A DNA stretch of 20,000 bases from Moniliella sp. 'wahieum' (Eukaryota), in assembly GCA_003971905.1 (NCBI GenBank), contig RSEE01000009.1:1112915-1132914 (forward strand), in the 5' to 3' direction. Both the position numbers and the translations under genes were made by a program. Shown here piece after piece: positions 1 to 10,964 of this stretch; positions within the stretch are counted from its first letter, which is position 1; every line of letters starts with the position of its first letter. The notes under the pieces are model-generated. The model ran no database searches and was not told the DNA's origin. It saw only the letters and a program-made list of their open reading frames with translations.

Positions 1-1
1 G

Positions 2-688
2 GCCAAAGCGCCCGCCTCGACGATTCAGATCCTGGGTGCGGAAAAGGCGCTCTTCCGCGCACTCAAGACCAAGCACGACACGCCCAAGTATGGTCTGCTG
101 TACCACGCATCTCTGGTGGGCCAAGCACCCAACAAGTTGAAGGGTAAGATGGCGCGTATGGTCGCCACCAAGACTGCACTCTCGGTGCGTCTTGATGCGC
201 TGGCTGATGACCAGACCGACGAGGCTCATGCCACCTCGACCGGAAACGATAATACTGGCCACGCTTCCATTGGTATTGAAGCCCGCAACGTTCTGGAGCA
301 CCGACTCCACGCGCTCGAGTCGGGAAACTTCTCAGGTGCACTCAAGAAGGACCGCTCCTTTGGTGCGGCCAAGCAGAATGCGTTCCAACCGGAACTTGCG
401 TCTGCACCACGGACGTACAATGCTGCTGTGGATGCCCCCGTCACCGCCAAGGTGGAGGAAGAGGAACCGAAACTTTCTAAGGAGGAGCGCAAGGCCGCCA
501 AGAAAGCTGCCAAGAAAGCGGCCAAGGAAGGGGATGTGTCCATGGCTACATCCGAGGCGGATGAGAGCAAGAAGTTGTCCAAGGAAGAGCGCAAGGCGGC
601 CAAGAAGGCCAAGAAACGTGTGGCTGAAGAGAATGGGGACGAAAGTAAGGCTGAAAAGAAGAAGAAGAGGAGCAAGCATAGCGATTAA
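2..688 (+). CDS. NOP58: Box C/D snoRNP core protein Nop58, C-terminal part (5' part lies upstream of the window)
   Basis: Frame from nt 2 reads [67 protein letters not shown], the Nop domain. [13 protein letters not shown] favours Nop58 over Nop56. A lysine-rich KEERKAAKK tail follows, with TAA at 686-688. Confidence 0.95.
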   Translation, partial: AKAPASTIQILGAEKALFRALKTKHDTPKYGLLYHASLVGQAPNKLKGKMARMVATKTALSVRLDALADDQTDEAHATSTGNDNTGHASIGIEARNVLEHRLHALESGNFSGALKKDRSFGAAKQNAFQPELASAPRTYNAAVDAPVTAKVEEEEPKLSKEERKAAKKAAKKAAKEGDVSMATSEADESKKLSKEERKAAKKAKKRVAEENGDESKAEKKKKRSKHSD

Positions 689-1201
689 GTCGTCTCCATG
701 CCAAGGCAAGGTTGCATACCTCGTTCCATTCCTCTGTTGGACACCGGTGGGCGTGCCGTCGCAACTTTTCTCCTACCCAGCTATTGTGGACCCGCCTCTA
801 CGTGCTTCCTGCACGTTGGGCAGACCTAGGAGCGGCGTGTGTGCAGCCACTAGTCTGTGTAATGTAATATCTAGCTCATGGCGCCAACGACACCTGACCT
901 CGCACATAGAGCTGGCATACCGATGCCATACCTCATCGAGATGATATTCCTTCCGTGCCTTTTTGTCCAAAATGCTACTCTACCCCCAAGGCACTCAAGG
1001 CCAGCAGGTCTGCTCGATGGTACCTCGCGCCTATACCCCCAACCACCAATGCCCACCTATCGATCATCCGAAGCAACAGCGTACGCGTATATGAGAGAGA
1101 AGTATGCGGGTCCATATGACCATTATCCACCCATCTCACTCCCGCCTCAGTCTGAGCATGGAGACCCTGCGGCGCAGTCGCCAGCCTCAGCGTCCCCATT
1201 G

Positions 1202-3032
1202 TTAGGATCCGTTACGCGCCGCATCCTCCAGGTACTGTGATAGCTTCAACGCCCCCGTCCTGAGCGAGTCAAGTCCCGATTGGACGTCAGGGTTGTTCAT
1301 GAAGCGGCGGTAGTAGTCTTTGGCAGTCGCTTCGAGCTCGGCAAAGTCGCCATTGGACCATCCATTGTCAACGCTGTGCCACTCGTCTTCCAACTCGGCA
1401 TCTGGATCGTCCGCATCTGGCTCATCCCGCCCAAAGTACGCATTGGATGAGATGGTAGTGGCACCCGAGAACTTTTGCAGTCGTTCTTGCGCCTCAGCAT
1501 GTGGTTCCGAATCGTAACTGCCCCGCTCAAAGTACATGTCGCTCGAAATGGCCTTTTGGTTGCCAAACTTGCGTCGTGCATAGTTTGGCATCTCTTCCTC
1601 TGCCCACGCGTTGCCGCTCGAGAAGCTAAGGTCGCAGCTGCTTGCTGGGACCGCAACCGCTCTTAAGCCCCATACGACCCATCCCCATCCCCAACCTGTC
1701 CACCTGACCCGACGACTTGGGATGCCCCGCAGTCCGCCGACCCCGTACTCGCGCCCGTGGCCGTTGGAACATTATGTTGTTGAGAGCACTTGACGGCCTG
1801 ACGGGCCGCCTGCTCGGCCTGCTGGTCAGAAACTTTCCGTGACGCTTCTTGCGCGGCAGCTTGATGTGCTGCACCCTCAGCCTCAGCCGCAGCCTTGGCC
1901 ACAACCTTAATCTGCCGTTGTTTTTCCTCCTCTTGCGCTTGCGCCTTGGACGTCTCGGCAGCTCTCCGCTTGGCCGCGGCAAAATCAAACGTACCAGCTT
2001 CTCTGACCCCACCAACTTTTGCCCGCACGGCCAGGTGCAGATCCAGCCGATTGGCGCCTAGGCGCGACGCCCCCAGTGCTCGCCGAGGTGCACGGGCAGC
2101 AAGTACACTGGCTGGAGCAGGGGAGGATGCACAGAGACAGGCGTTGTACTTCGAGGAGTGGCCAGGACAGGAGAGAAGGTGCCAGGCTGGGGCATACTCT
2201 CTGGAGGGAGAGCATGATGCTCGGACTACCGGGGGACGCGCGCGAGACCCAATCCCAGCCTCCCCGCTGGCACTGGGGTTGCGAGAGACGCGATGGACGT
2301 GATGGACGTGTTGGGCCTTGGCGTCAGGGCGGGGTGGGGGTATCGTTGTCCCAGTCGTCAAAAAAGTTGTCGTCGACTTTAAGGGATGCCGTAGGCGCAG
2401 GTCCGGTACCAATAGCCAAACTAGGGAAGACCACAGGAGCACAATCGCCACGCCGGACGTGGCAGCGTCAGCCTCAACACGTCGATCTAGCTCTTGCTGG
2501 TACGCCTGGGCGACGGACGAAGTGTACTTGACCTTGCCCTCCACACCGGCACGCAGCAGCTCAGAGGCCTTGCGGGCATCCATTGAAAAATTTACATGCC
2601 GCCTCATTGCCTCCCACTTTCATCGCGCGCAGCTGCGCCCAGCTCCAGGAATCTAGATTCGTGCTGCGGACAAACGTGATGTGCACACCCAGGTTGCGAT
2701 GCACGCTGCTGCAGTCGAGACAGATGTAGATGGCAAACGTGGCAGATGCCCAGGTCGGGTTCTTGGCGCCACAGTCAAAGCATACCTGGCGAGAAACGAG
2801 AAACGAGAAACGAGAAACGAGAAACGAGAAACGAGAAACGAGAAACGAGAAACGAGAAACGAGAAACGGGTGAACTGGTAGAACAGAATCGCACGCGGTG
2901 GCTAGCGCGCCTGTCAAGGTCACGGAGCAACGGGCAACGAGCAACGGGCAGACGCACCTTGTTCTGCTTGGCTTGGGAGCGGAGGTGCTTGAAGATCTGG
3001 ACCAGCTCGTCGCGGCTGGGATTGGCGGCCAT
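1202..3032 (-). CDS. GLO3: ADP-ribosylation factor GTPase-activating protein, Glo3/ArfGAP2-3 type (one intron at 2786-2957; several apparent frameshifts)
   Basis: Exon 1 [25 protein letters not shown] splices to [60 protein letters not shown], the ArfGAP C4 zinc finger. The C-terminus has the Glo3 motifs [14 protein letters not shown] and [14 protein letters not shown]. Confidence 0.93.
2786..2957 (-). other. Spliceosomal intron 1 of GLO3 (172 nt), expanded by repeats
   Basis: Minus-strand donor AAG|GTGCGT at 2957 and acceptor CCAG|GTATGC at 2786. Removing it joins QNK to VCFDC in frame. Confidence 0.88.
2791..2867. repeat. Perfect heptamer tandem repeat (GAGAAAC)x11 inside the GLO3 intron
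   Basis: Counted directly: 77 nt = 11 copies. It reads (GTTTCTC)n on the transcribed strand. Confidence 0.97.
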
Positions 3033-3498
3033 GGGTGGTGGAGGTCGGAAGTGGGTACCGAGGGCAGTGGCGCCGAGAAGAACCGGCGCTGGCGAGTGCA
3101 GCAGGGGAGGGAAAGCAGGCCGTCGCAGGCCTCCGAAGGACTAAGTACTAAGGCCTTTAATTTAAGGCCAAGCCACGGCCGGCCACAGCAGAGTATATAT
3201 CACCTACATCACCCACATCACCCAGCATCACACCACCGTCGATCCCCGTGCGTGTGATCACACCGCGCGGCACGTGTCGAGTAAATAGTGAACTTGACGA
3301 ATACCACAGCCCATCTGCGTCTATGCTGCATGGCTTCTGCGCGCTGGATGTGGGATGTCCATCTGCGTTGCATCACTGTCACTTCTCTTGTCTTCTGGAC
3401 CCAGTCCTGTTCAACGTTCATCCATCTCATCCTCTATTGCGTTTCTGCCAGCCAACACGCACCATACTGAGCTGGCTTGAAGCTTGATTCTGCTCCGA

Positions 3499-3639
3499 GT
3501 GTTCCTTGCTCTACCGAGGCAACGCCTCCAACACTGCAGCATACCAGGGTGATGAAGCACTTCTTACCATGCAACAACCATACGTAGAGGCAACGAACAC
3601 GCTGAAAGCAGCGGCCAGGCAACCCCGCTCAACGGGGTT
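3499..3639. ncRNA. Candidate structured RNA element (multi-stem); identity unknown
   Basis: A ~15-bp closing helix (3499-3514 with 3584-3600) encloses two hairpins, followed by two more hairpins at 3601-3612 and 3621-3639. It also has GTGATGA (3549-3555) and CTGA (3602-3605). No family recognised. Confidence 0.3.
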
Positions 3640-5459
3640 AGTTTAGCTCGACGTTTTGCTTGGCCGAGTCGGCGTCGACCAATTTACCCGGGTTCATGAT
3701 GTTGTTGGGGTCGATCTGGTTCATCAGCGTCCGGTACAATCCACCGTATCCACACCCAACTCATTCTCAATAAACTGTTTCTTGCCAATCCCGACCCCAT
3801 GCTCGCCCGTCGCGCGGTGCCATGGAGGTCTTGGGCGTGATGAATCATACGGTGAACCACTTCCTTCACCTTGGCCAACGTAACCAAGTCGTGCTCGCGA
3901 TAGATAAGAAGAGAGTGCTGCCAGGAAAATACGAGTTAGTAGTCTCCCTCCTCGTCCCACCACAGTGTGGAAGGCGAAACAAAAACGTACAAAGTTGCCG
4001 TCGCCAACGTGCCCCAAGATGGGGCCGTACAAGTTTTGTTCTTGGATGTCCGCCGTGACACGTTTGACCAGCGCTGGCAGCTGGCCAACCGGCACACATA
4101 CGTCGGTCACCCACGCACGCCAAACACCGAATTTTTCCTCGGCATCGTCCGACTCGGGCTCGGTGGGTTTGGGGTACGACAACGCGGACCAAAAAGCCAC
4201 TTTTCGCGCCCGCCAAAGACGATCGATTTCCTTTTGATTGTCGCCGTATTGAATGTGCGCCGCACCATGCTCCTGCAGAATCGTCTCGGCCAGCTCATAG
4301 TCCGCCGCAAGATGTTTAGGCGTAGCACCAGACAGCTTTAGGAATATCGTCGGTACCTCCCCCCCCGGCATGGAGGGCGTGTCGGGATCGTCTTGCGCCG
4401 CACGATTCACAGCTCCAATCATTGCCCCGTCCATGAGCTCTACACATTGCGGCTGCATCCCTGTCCGAAGAATCGCCCCCGACGCTGCGACCGCATCGTC
4501 AACCGTAGGGAATGTGGCTACTACCACCGCATTGGGAAGTTTGGGCACCAGGCGAAGCGTGATGGCTACAATCACCCCCAGCGTCGCCTCGGAACCGAGA
4601 AAGAGCTTGGTCAGGTCCGGTCCGACTGAGGACTTGCGTGCACGAGAGCGCGTAGTGACCACCTTGCCCGAAGGCAAAACAACAGTCACATTCAATACGT
4701 AGTCCCCCTTCATCGTCCCGTACCGCACAGCATTCGTACCGCTGCACCCGGTCGATGCCATACCACCAATACTGGCGGTAGGACCTGGGTCGATGGGGAA
4801 GAAGAGTCCAGTCCCACGCCGCTCCAACTCAGCATTCAGTTCTTCCCATCCCAGTCCAGGCTGGACAGTCACATCCCCATCTTCCTCCGAAAGACGCAGG
4901 ATGGACTTCATCCGACTAAAGTCGAGACTGATGCTGCGTCGGCCATCGAGATCCGCATCTGTGCCTGCCGTGTGACCCTCGAGGGAAGTGCCACCACCAA
5001 AGGGAACAATCGGCACACTGTGTTCTTGACACGCCTGCACAATCGTCACCACATCTTTGGTCGATTCGGGAACACGACAGCGGCATGCGCACGCGTAGCA
5101 AGGTGCGACCAAGGTGACGCTCCATGTAGCTCCGTCTCGGTCTCGTCAAATGAGATCTGACCCGGCTTTAACGCTGCTTGGATCTTGGCCAACGCCGCTT
5201 GCACATCGTGATGCGCATGGGCTGGGCTGCTACCCACGCCGGCCTCAGCCTCACTGGGGACAGAACTTTCGCTGCCACCCAGCAAGCTCAAGGCCACACC
5301 AGAAACAAGGGCTGTCAGAACCGCGGCACGAACCTGCTGAGCGCGCGAGTAGGACGCAGGACGGGGTGTGCTCGAGGCGCAACGGGCGGGGGCGGGGAGG
5401 CGAGCGGCGGCCGGGAAAGTAGGTCTTGTGCCAGGTCGGAGAGCAAGGCGGACACGCAT
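3638..5459 (-). CDS. DLD1: Mitochondrial D-lactate dehydrogenase (cytochrome), FAD-linked oxidase family (intron at 3918-3990; apparent frameshifts)
   Basis: Arg/Ala-rich presequence-like N-terminus MRVRLALRPGTR. Motifs VPFGGGTSLEGH, FPIDPGPTASIGGMASTGCSGTNAVRYGTMK, TDVCVP, GHVGDGNF|HSLL across a GTACGT..TACTAAC..CAG intron, TGEHGVGIGKK and IDPNNIMNPGKL. TAA at 3638-3640. Confidence 0.92.
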
Positions 5460-5774
5460 TGTGCTGGGTGGATGGGGAGGGAGGTGGTGTAGGAAGCGTG
5501 GGGACAGTGACTAGTGAACTGGCAGCGGAGAAGATGGTTGATCCGGTCACGTGGAAAGTCTAACATGCTACGCCTCAGGCTCAGAGCCTCAGAAGCACGC
5601 GCGAAGGACTGGCGTTGGGCCCTGAGGATGAGAATGAGTACACCAGACTGAGCCTCAGTTCTGAGCCAAACTCGCAGCCTCAATCTTCCCGCCCCCCTGG
5701 CCAGCACGGCGCCAGTGTTCGGACGATCGGCCTCGGTTGATCTATTGATAAAGGCGCCCTGGGCGGATAATAAC

Positions 5775-6380
5775 CATCGATCATCGATCATCCATCATTA
5801 ATCAGTGGCCGCACCCCACACGCCACGCCCACGCCCACCTCACCATCACCACCACCGTCAGCCCAGCAACGTCACTCCTGAGAGCTTGACAGCTTGAGAG
5901 CTTGAGAACATGAGGCCTGAGATGTGGTGCACTGATGCCGATGGGTTCCGACAGAGAAGGCAAGAGATGTGCCACATGGCCATGGTCGCCGGCTCTTTGT
6001 TCAACCGTTCATCCTACTCGAGAATCATTGCTCATTAATCATTGCTCATTCCATTAGCCCGTGGGGCCCAGGGGTGTTAAACGTTAAGGCTTAAGGCCTA
6101 ATATAAGGTGCCATCGATTCATCATCGATCTTCACGCACGCCTTGCACGCTAGGCCCGACCACAGTGTGCACCCCAATGCACGAGGAACTTATGGTTAAT
6201 GGTTACGGAGCCCACTGTCCATCATCGCCTGCCCTCGCCCCCTCTGCATTGGACCTTGCCAATCATATATCCTACCTCAGGCCTCAGCCTGAGGCCTCAA
6301 GCTTGAAGCATGAAGCTTCAAGCTTGGATTCACGAGTCTTCACTAGTCACTAGAGTCACTACTACTAGTCACTAGTCACC
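5775..6380. repeat. Cluster of short, mostly 7-nt-period degenerate repeats and palindromes in the DLD1/PriB-like intergenic region
   Basis: CATCGAT-type x4 (5775-5802), AATCATT/GCTCATT x2 (6023-6050), TTAAGGC-type (6077-6097), TCAAGCT/TGAAGCT x4 (6297-6324) and CACTAGT-type (6341-6379). Confidence 0.8.
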
Positions 6381-6435
6381 CGTCCCCTCCCCATTCATGC
6401 ATTAAGCATTCCTCATCTCATCGATCTCATCGACC

Positions 6436-9400
6436 TCATCGTCGACCGCCATTCATCCCCATCGAAGAGAGCGGCAAAACGACAGCAGACGACGATGGGA
6501 GGGGACCGCTGAACCCCAATTCGGGATTGGGGCGTGAGGCCGCAGATGCAGGAGCGACCTGGCCCGAGGGCGGGAACGAGAACCAGCTTTGCGGGTGCGT
6601 TGAGGCCATGCCCGTCCCTGTCTCGTGCGGGGGATACGAAGTAGCACCGGCCCCCGCCCCCGCACCTGCACTCCCTGCAACCGGGCCTCCGGGGGGAGGC
6701 GTCAGACCAATCGATGCCACGCCCCCGTCCCCATCCCCGTCCCCGTCCCCATCCCCATTCCCATTCCCATTTGCATTTCCATTCGGATCCTGCAACGCGC
6801 CAAACCCAGGCGGAAGGAGCGACGACCAAAACGAATCGGTTATCACTTGCTCGAAGAAAATTGCACTTGCTGTTGCCACGTGTTACTTCCTGGTGCAACG
6901 CACGACGTCACGGACTCAGTTCCGCCTGGCATAAATGGTAGACCCATCAGAAGTTGAACGGCAGTAGCGTAGTTCCCCAACGGTCCCTGGGACGGATCGA
7001 ACGTGCCCCCCGCGGGATCGGATGTAAGAGTAGCAGTAACCGGACAGGGGGTGGTGCAGTGCAGGCTGTCCGCGTCAGTTGAACTTCCCATCGTCGTCGG
7101 GTGAGGCACGTGCCGCGTCGTCGCAGGTTCGTCCACTTGGTTCGCATTTGCACCCTTGTCGCGCTCGTCGTGCGAATGCAGAATGGCAAAGAGAAACGTC
7201 CCATACAAATGAGGCGTGTGGGTTTCGTTCACTGCGATCCGGGTTAGGAACGAGGCCAGTTGCCGAATCAGATCTAACATGTGTGTCTCGTTGCTGTACC
7301 CGGCAAACACGGGACGAACGAGCTGGAAAAGGTGGTAGACGGTACGTTAGCTGTAAGCTCATCGTAGGTATCGTTGCATCGTGGAGTGAGATACGCACTT
7401 TTAGTAGGAACACGCCAGCGTATGCGATCATAAGGAACTCCGAGTCGGGTGCATACCGCAGATCAGGCCCAAGCAGAGCAGCGCCCCGTAGTATGGACAA
7501 GGCGGCACTTTTGCAAACAAAGTAGTCTATACCAAGATCGAGATGTCAGAACGAGCAAGCAAGGTCAAAGCAACGTCTCGACAGGGAGGGGAACGTACAA
7601 GTAGGCTTTTCCAGTTCGGTCAAGTTGGGCTGATCGAGAAACCGTTGGAGACCAAGCGAGTTCAAAAGAAGTACTGAGTAGTGGTACCGCATCGGTCCTT
7701 GGCGAACAAGAAAGTAAAGCGATCGCTCGAATACGTCGTTTGAGAAGGAGGTACCTGAGATTGCCGTTTTCCCTCATCGTCAGTCGTCGGACCTAGCGAT
7801 TCCAGTAACGCCGTGGCTTCGTCCTGGGCGGCTTGGCGTTCAGGGTAGTCCGTCGGGTCGTTGCAGCTAGCTCGCCTGGTGAAACGGCTAGTGCTAGTGC
7901 TATTCCTATTCGACCCGTCGTTCGCGCCGGGCCTGGGCCCTTGCTGGAACCCATCAGCCGTGTAGACCGTCGAGGCGGTCGGGACCGTGTTGCGACTGCG
8001 AAACTTTTGCACCAGGTTTTCAAGCCGCCAAGTTTGTCGCCATTCGGCCAATTGACGACTGAAGATCTGCAGCACACTTTCATAGTCCGTTTCCAAGCTG
8101 AGCCCAGGCAGAGATTGGATGGACGAATGAAGAAAGTCCATCTGTCGAGACTGGATCCGGTACAGTTCAACCAACGCTGCGATCCCCACGTCCCACGGTT
8201 GAGACAGCGGTTGCATACACCACGTACGCACGTTGCGAAACACTGCTGCCTCGCGAATAATGTACGCTTTCCCCGTTTGCGAGGCAAACATCCGGTCGAC
8301 GATAAAGCACATGTACCATGTCCTATCACGGTTCAGCGATTCCCGCTCCATCTCCCGGCTCGCTGGATTGCAAGCCTCGCCACCCTGGTCAGCATCCATC
8401 TTGAGCTTCCGGTCCAGGCTGATGTCCGTTGCTATGCGGATCGCGATGCCGGAAAAGAGCCAAGCCGTGTCCTGGTCAATGTTGGGCGACGACTCGCCCC
8501 ACAAGCTCAGCAGCAGAAAGGCTTGTACAATCTCCACGCTCTTCAAGCCGTTTTCCAGAGCCGTGAACGCACAGTTTTTCGCGTACGCAAGTGCCTTGGC
8601 ATGCAGCTCGGGCCGCGGCGCGTAAAATTGTGATGCAATACAGAGAATGACCGTGAAGAGCATTGGAGATCGGGAACGAACTGACTTGGGCGGTGTGCCA
8701 GGTAGGGTCAAGTAAAAGTGCATAATGGTTGCATGAAACAAAGAAGATTCGGAACAGATCCGTCACTTCTTCTTCGGACACAAGCCCATCATCAAGCATC
8801 GTTGGTGGAAGCTCCCGTTCAATCACAATCTTGCGCAGCGAAAGAGACGAGATAAAACTGGACGGAAGTAACTTCGATTCGCCACGCCCAACGCCATTGC
8901 CTGTTCCCGACCTGTATTAGGCGAGTGGGGAGGGACATTGGGCGTTGCCTCGGACGGTGTAGAGCCCGCATGGGCCTCAGTTGCGGTGTGAGGTGACTTG
9001 TCTGTAGTGTGCGGCGAGCCCCCAGAGGAACGAGGCCAAGTCTGACTGGTCAGACTGGCTTCCGCTAGTAAACCAAGAGGATCCAGCGCGTTGCGCGGCA
9101 ACGTTTGCACAGGAACGTCGGGCAGGTTCCCACCCGCACCAACTTCAGCTTGCCTCGGCGACTCGAGATGCGACTGGTACTGGTAGCATCGATCCAAAAG
9201 ACTTCTCCTGCGCCTCCGCCCGTCTGCGCCCGTCTCCGACTCGATCGAAGGCCGACTACTGCTCCTCCCCGCCCGTTCCTTTACTTGCGGTCGCCGAGAA
9301 AGCGGGTCCCGCCAAGCGTCCGTCCCGCGCTGCTGGGGTTGGGGGCTAGACGGGATGACGATGCGAGCAGCAGATTCAGATGCATGAGGCGATACCGACG

Positions 9401-10263
9401 TGTCACACGATCAGAATGGGCAAATGACATCGCTGCTGCCTTGCTTGAAGAACTGGCATTGGGAGTGGCCGCTGTGCGGCTATGCTGCGATGGCGACACA
9501 TACGTTGGCAATGACGCAGCAGGCGGTGGCGACCGATTGGACGGCCTGGATTCCGGTGAAGGTTGCCCCTCTGCCGGTGCACGAACCTTAGACGAATCGT
9601 ATGCTGCTGATGGAGCCTGGGGGGGTGCGGGTGGGACGGGAGATTGGCCCTGGGCTGAACCAATGGATTGCAGAACAATGGCCAACGTTTGTTCCATCTT
9701 ATGGAGCGACTCGGCCATGGCCTCAGTTCGCTGGGCCTTGTTCCCCTTCTTTGCCCGGCTCGACTCTTCAAATACACAGTATGCCCGCTCGCCCGACACC
9801 GCACGCACGGCGGGCCATTTTCCCCGCCTGTACAGCGCATCTTGAGACGGCGGCACGTGGTGCATGCCGCTGCGCCCCGTCGGCGTTTGGCAGGCGCAGT
9901 AGGATGGTGGTATGCATCCGAGTCGACGGGCGGGCGGAGGGGATCAGTAGAGCTGCTAGCCGCAGCAGACGGGACCGTGGACGCGGACGCATGCAAGGGC
10001 GGGGGCCTGTGGAACGGGGGGTGGGGGCGCAGCGCTGCGCTGCTGCTGGCGTGGGCGGGGGTGGCAGTTGGATGCGCAAGCGCGGCGGGGTGGGGCGGGG
10101 GGTTGGAGTAGGCGTAGAGGTGCGCGTCGGAGGCGTCGCCAGCAGCACTGTCGGACTGGTCGGAGCCGGTGCTGGAGCTGCCGTCGCTGGCGGCCGCAGC
10201 GGCAGGGGGGGGCGCAGCGGGCCACGCGGGCCAGAGCGGAGGCGGCGCAGGGGCGCGCGGCAT
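6436..10263 (-). CDS. Zn(II)2Cys6 fungal transcription factor with fungal-specific TF (middle homology) domain, PriB-like (introns ~7527-7598 and 7323-7398; apparent frameshifts)
   Basis: Binuclear cluster RRRGAAACTTCRRLKMRCTGGENGPPCVRCRASGH..CVFEESSR. Middle domain SPMLFTVILCIAS, KSVEIVQAFLLLSLW, AWLFSGIAIRIATDISL, NRDRTWYMCFIVDR. C-terminal HTPHLYGTFL and DSFWSSLLPPGF resemble PriB-family motifs. Both introns have GT..CTRAC..YAG. Confidence 0.88.
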
Positions 10264-10340
10264 GGCGGCGGACGGGAAGAACGAACGCAGGTCCGCGGTC
10301 CCCGCGGGTAGGAGGCAGTCCGAGTGGCGACGGGGGGAGG

Positions 10341-10443
10341 GCGATGGGCGATGGGCGGATGGGGATGGGCGGATGGGGATGGGCGGATGGGGATGGGCAG
10401 ATGCGGATGGGCAGATGCGGATGGGCAGAGCGGATGGGTGCGG
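10341..10443. repeat. Degenerate GGATGG/GCGATGG/GCAGATGC repeat upstream of the Zn2Cys6 gene (probable 5' UTR, (CCCATC)-rich on the sense strand)
   Basis: Directly visible run ggcgatgggcgatgggcggatggggatgggcggatggggatgggcggatggggatgggcagatgcggatgggcagatgcggatggg. Confidence 0.85.
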
Positions 10444-10619
10444 TGGGGCTGTTCTGCTGGAGCAAACGCCAGCCGGAGGCCGCGGTGTGAGCGCGTCTTT
10501 ATGCGGGCGGGACGCGGCTACGGGTTAGGCCTCCGGCCCAGCGGCTCAGCCATGCGCCGCCTCAGCAGCCAGCCCGCCGCTGCCCCGTCACACCCGGTGC
10601 ACCCGGTGCCTCTCTTCAA

Positions 10620-10840
10620 CCTTTCAGACGGGCGCCGCCATCACGTGCTGCCTTGCTCTCTCCCAGCAGCATTACGTCAGCCCACGCCCATTGGAACGGT
10701 CACGTGCACAGGGATACACTGGCGTCATGCCACCCTGGCGCGTGTGGCGCAGGCCACTGGCGCTGCGCCCAGCGGCGCAACCTGCCATGCGCGCCGCCCA
10801 GCAGCAGCCCTCAACGTCACCCGTCACGCGCGTCACGCCT
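10620..10840. promoter_or_regulatory. Divergent promoter region between the Zn2Cys6 gene and CDC10, with E-box/CRE-like words
   Basis: TCACGTG at ~10641 and ~10700, TTACGTCA at ~10672, ACGTCAC at ~10814, and an ATTGG (CCAAT on the minus strand) at ~10690. Function is inferred only. Confidence 0.35.
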
Positions 10841-10964
10841 ACCCCATCATGCACCATGCACATCATGCTCCTTCCCGCTGTGGGGGCGCTGGCACCCCCA
10901 CCTCCACCACCAGCCCCCCCCCCATCCTTGGCTCCCCCACCATCTCCTCATTGCCACCACCACC

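Noticed and set aside
878..1240. 120-aa + strand ORF between NOP58 and GLO3
   Set aside because: No recognisable domain, and it overlaps the GLO3 3' end and the convergent 3' UTRs, so it is probably a chance ORF.
2791..2867. Possible CRISPR or telomeric array
   Set aside because: There are no spacers, the context is a eukaryotic intron, and the unit is not TTAGGG-like.
2746..3144. ORFs with ETRNEKR or FSFLVSR repeats
   Set aside because: These are translations of the intronic heptamer repeat, not proteins.
3465..3610. TPP riboswitch, hammerhead, snR30/U17, U3 or SECIS identity for the structured element
   Set aside because: Required motifs are absent or incomplete: no CUGAGA..GAUAAU..AGCG, GTGATGA rather than CTGATGA, and no AUAUUCCUA m1.
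5945..5975. ACAGAGA word resembling U6 snRNA
   Set aside because: The flanks do not match U6 (no ACAGAGAAGATTAGC).
7833..8633. Long antisense ORFs over the Zn2Cys6 gene, and similar ones over DLD1, ATP12 and ARP9
   Set aside because: Expected shadow ORFs in GC-rich coding DNA, with no domain features.
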